Shown piece after piece: positions 63,478 to 64,000 of a DNA stretch of 64,000 nucleotides; position 1 is the stretch's first letter; each line of letters begins with the position of its first letter. The DNA is taken from assembly GCA_964389685.1 (NCBI GenBank), contig CAYMFM010000002.1, positions 33,909-97,908 of the forward strand, given 5' to 3'. A program made the translations under genes and the position numbers. The notes under the pieces are model-generated. The model did not search any database and was not told the DNA's origin. It saw only the letters and a list, made by a program, of their open reading frames with translations. The stretch is from an uncultured Rikenellaceae bacterium. Its GTDB lineage: Bacteria; Bacteroidota; Bacteroidia; Bacteroidales; VadinHA17.

Positions 63478-64000
63478 ATGCGGATTATTAAGAAAATAAT
63501 GATTTTTTTGCTTGTCTTCCTGCTGTTTATTCTGGGTGCAGGGGTGATCCTTTCATCGGTTTTTAAAGATGAGATAACCGGATTATTGATCCGGGAACTG
63601 AATAAGAAAATTGTCACTAAGATAGAGGTTGAAGAAGTTAAATTCTCGCTCCTTCGCAAATTTCCCAATGCATCCATTGAGCTCCGGCAGGTTTTAATTC
63701 ACCCTCCGGCAGTATTTTACCAGGAAAATAAGCAGGATCCCGGCTATGATACACTGCTCTTTGCCAAACATCTTTTTTTGGAATTCAACGCGAAAGATAT
63801 TATTCACAAAGAGTTTCGCATTAAGAGGATTCATGCTGACAGGGGATCACTATACCTGACAGTGAATCGCGCTGGAGTGCCAAATTATCAATTCTGGATG
63901 ACAGATGCTGAAGGGGCTACAGACACGATGAACATAAACCTGCAGAATCTGAAATTTTCAAACCTGCAATTCCAGGTGGTAAACCGGGTAAGTGATTTTC
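63478..64000 (+). CDS. AsmA-family-like large envelope protein, 3' end cut by window edge
   Basis: This ORF is absent from the ORF track because it has no stop. My translation from the ATG at 63478 is open to nt 64000: MRIIKKIMIFLLVFLLFILGAGV (TM anchor), then ...IEVEEVKFSLLRKFPNASIELRQV..., like the N-termini of AsmA/TamB-like proteins (recalled). Confidence 0.45.
   Translation, partial: MRIIKKIMIFLLVFLLFILGAGVILSSVFKDEITGLLIRELNKKIVTKIEVEEVKFSLLRKFPNASIELRQVLIHPPAVFYQENKQDPGYDTLLFAKHLFLEFNAKDIIHKEFRIKRIHADRGSLYLTVNRAGVPNYQFWMTDAEGATDTMNINLQNLKFSNLQFQVVNRVSDF

Noticed and set aside
1-64000. Search for CRISPR arrays, tRNA/rRNA genes, transposases, integrases, phage genes or classical defence genes (nucleases, helicases, RT, TIR/SIR2)
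   Set aside because: The intergenic gaps are all at or below about 200 bp with no repeat-spacer periodicity. No ORF translation shows DDE, tyrosine or serine recombinase motifs, or defence-type ATPase or nuclease motifs. I saw no tRNA-like T-loop sequences in the gaps. A proper tRNAscan/Infernal run would still be needed to be certain.

Overview
This 64-kb window reads as a chromosomal segment of a Bacteroidota genome. The phylum guess rests on families I recall as Bacteroidota-typical (DUF4292, DUF4271, DUF4249), a CarboxypepD_reg-type TonB receptor, repeated TAnnTTTG -7 boxes and no Shine-Dalgarno signals. No database search was possible. I call 53 protein genes at about 90% coding density, including a 5'-truncated CDF transporter at the left edge and a 3'-truncated AsmA-like gene at the right edge. 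I found no rRNA, tRNA, CRISPR array, transposase, integrase or obvious prophage or defence genes.

The housekeeping backbone is dut, ybeY, mnmG, adenine deaminase, uvrC, polyprenyl synthase, queD, polA, rnpA-yidD, hemD-like, deoC, dtd, PFK, kynureninase and pepE. The region is unusually rich in peptidases: degenerate M23/EnvC-like, S41, amidase, M14, S9/DPP4-like, C14 caspase-like, TldD/PmbA, M14 CCP-like and S51.

The most interesting part is 38.1-48.7 kb. It holds a signal-peptide-bearing 14xWD40/Ig-like/caspase fusion, transcribed divergently from a Tat-leader TldD with a leaderless PmbA. These are followed by a 1025-aa ABCG-type transporter with extra N- and C-terminal domains, and a lipoprotein. 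Adjacency is the only evidence linking these genes.

Two further candidates:
- A compact TetR / LolA-like / 2x FtsX / ATPase / beta-barrel operon (52.2-58.0 kb). It has no membrane-fusion adaptor and a clear promoter-plus-palindromic-operator arrangement.
- An ECF sigma / anti-sigma-like / beta-barrel module (59.0-61.7 kb) with an AAC-N17-CGT self-promoter.

All family assignments come from motifs read in the translations and from memory. Start codons were adjusted where the ORF track began at an upstream GTG or TTG.
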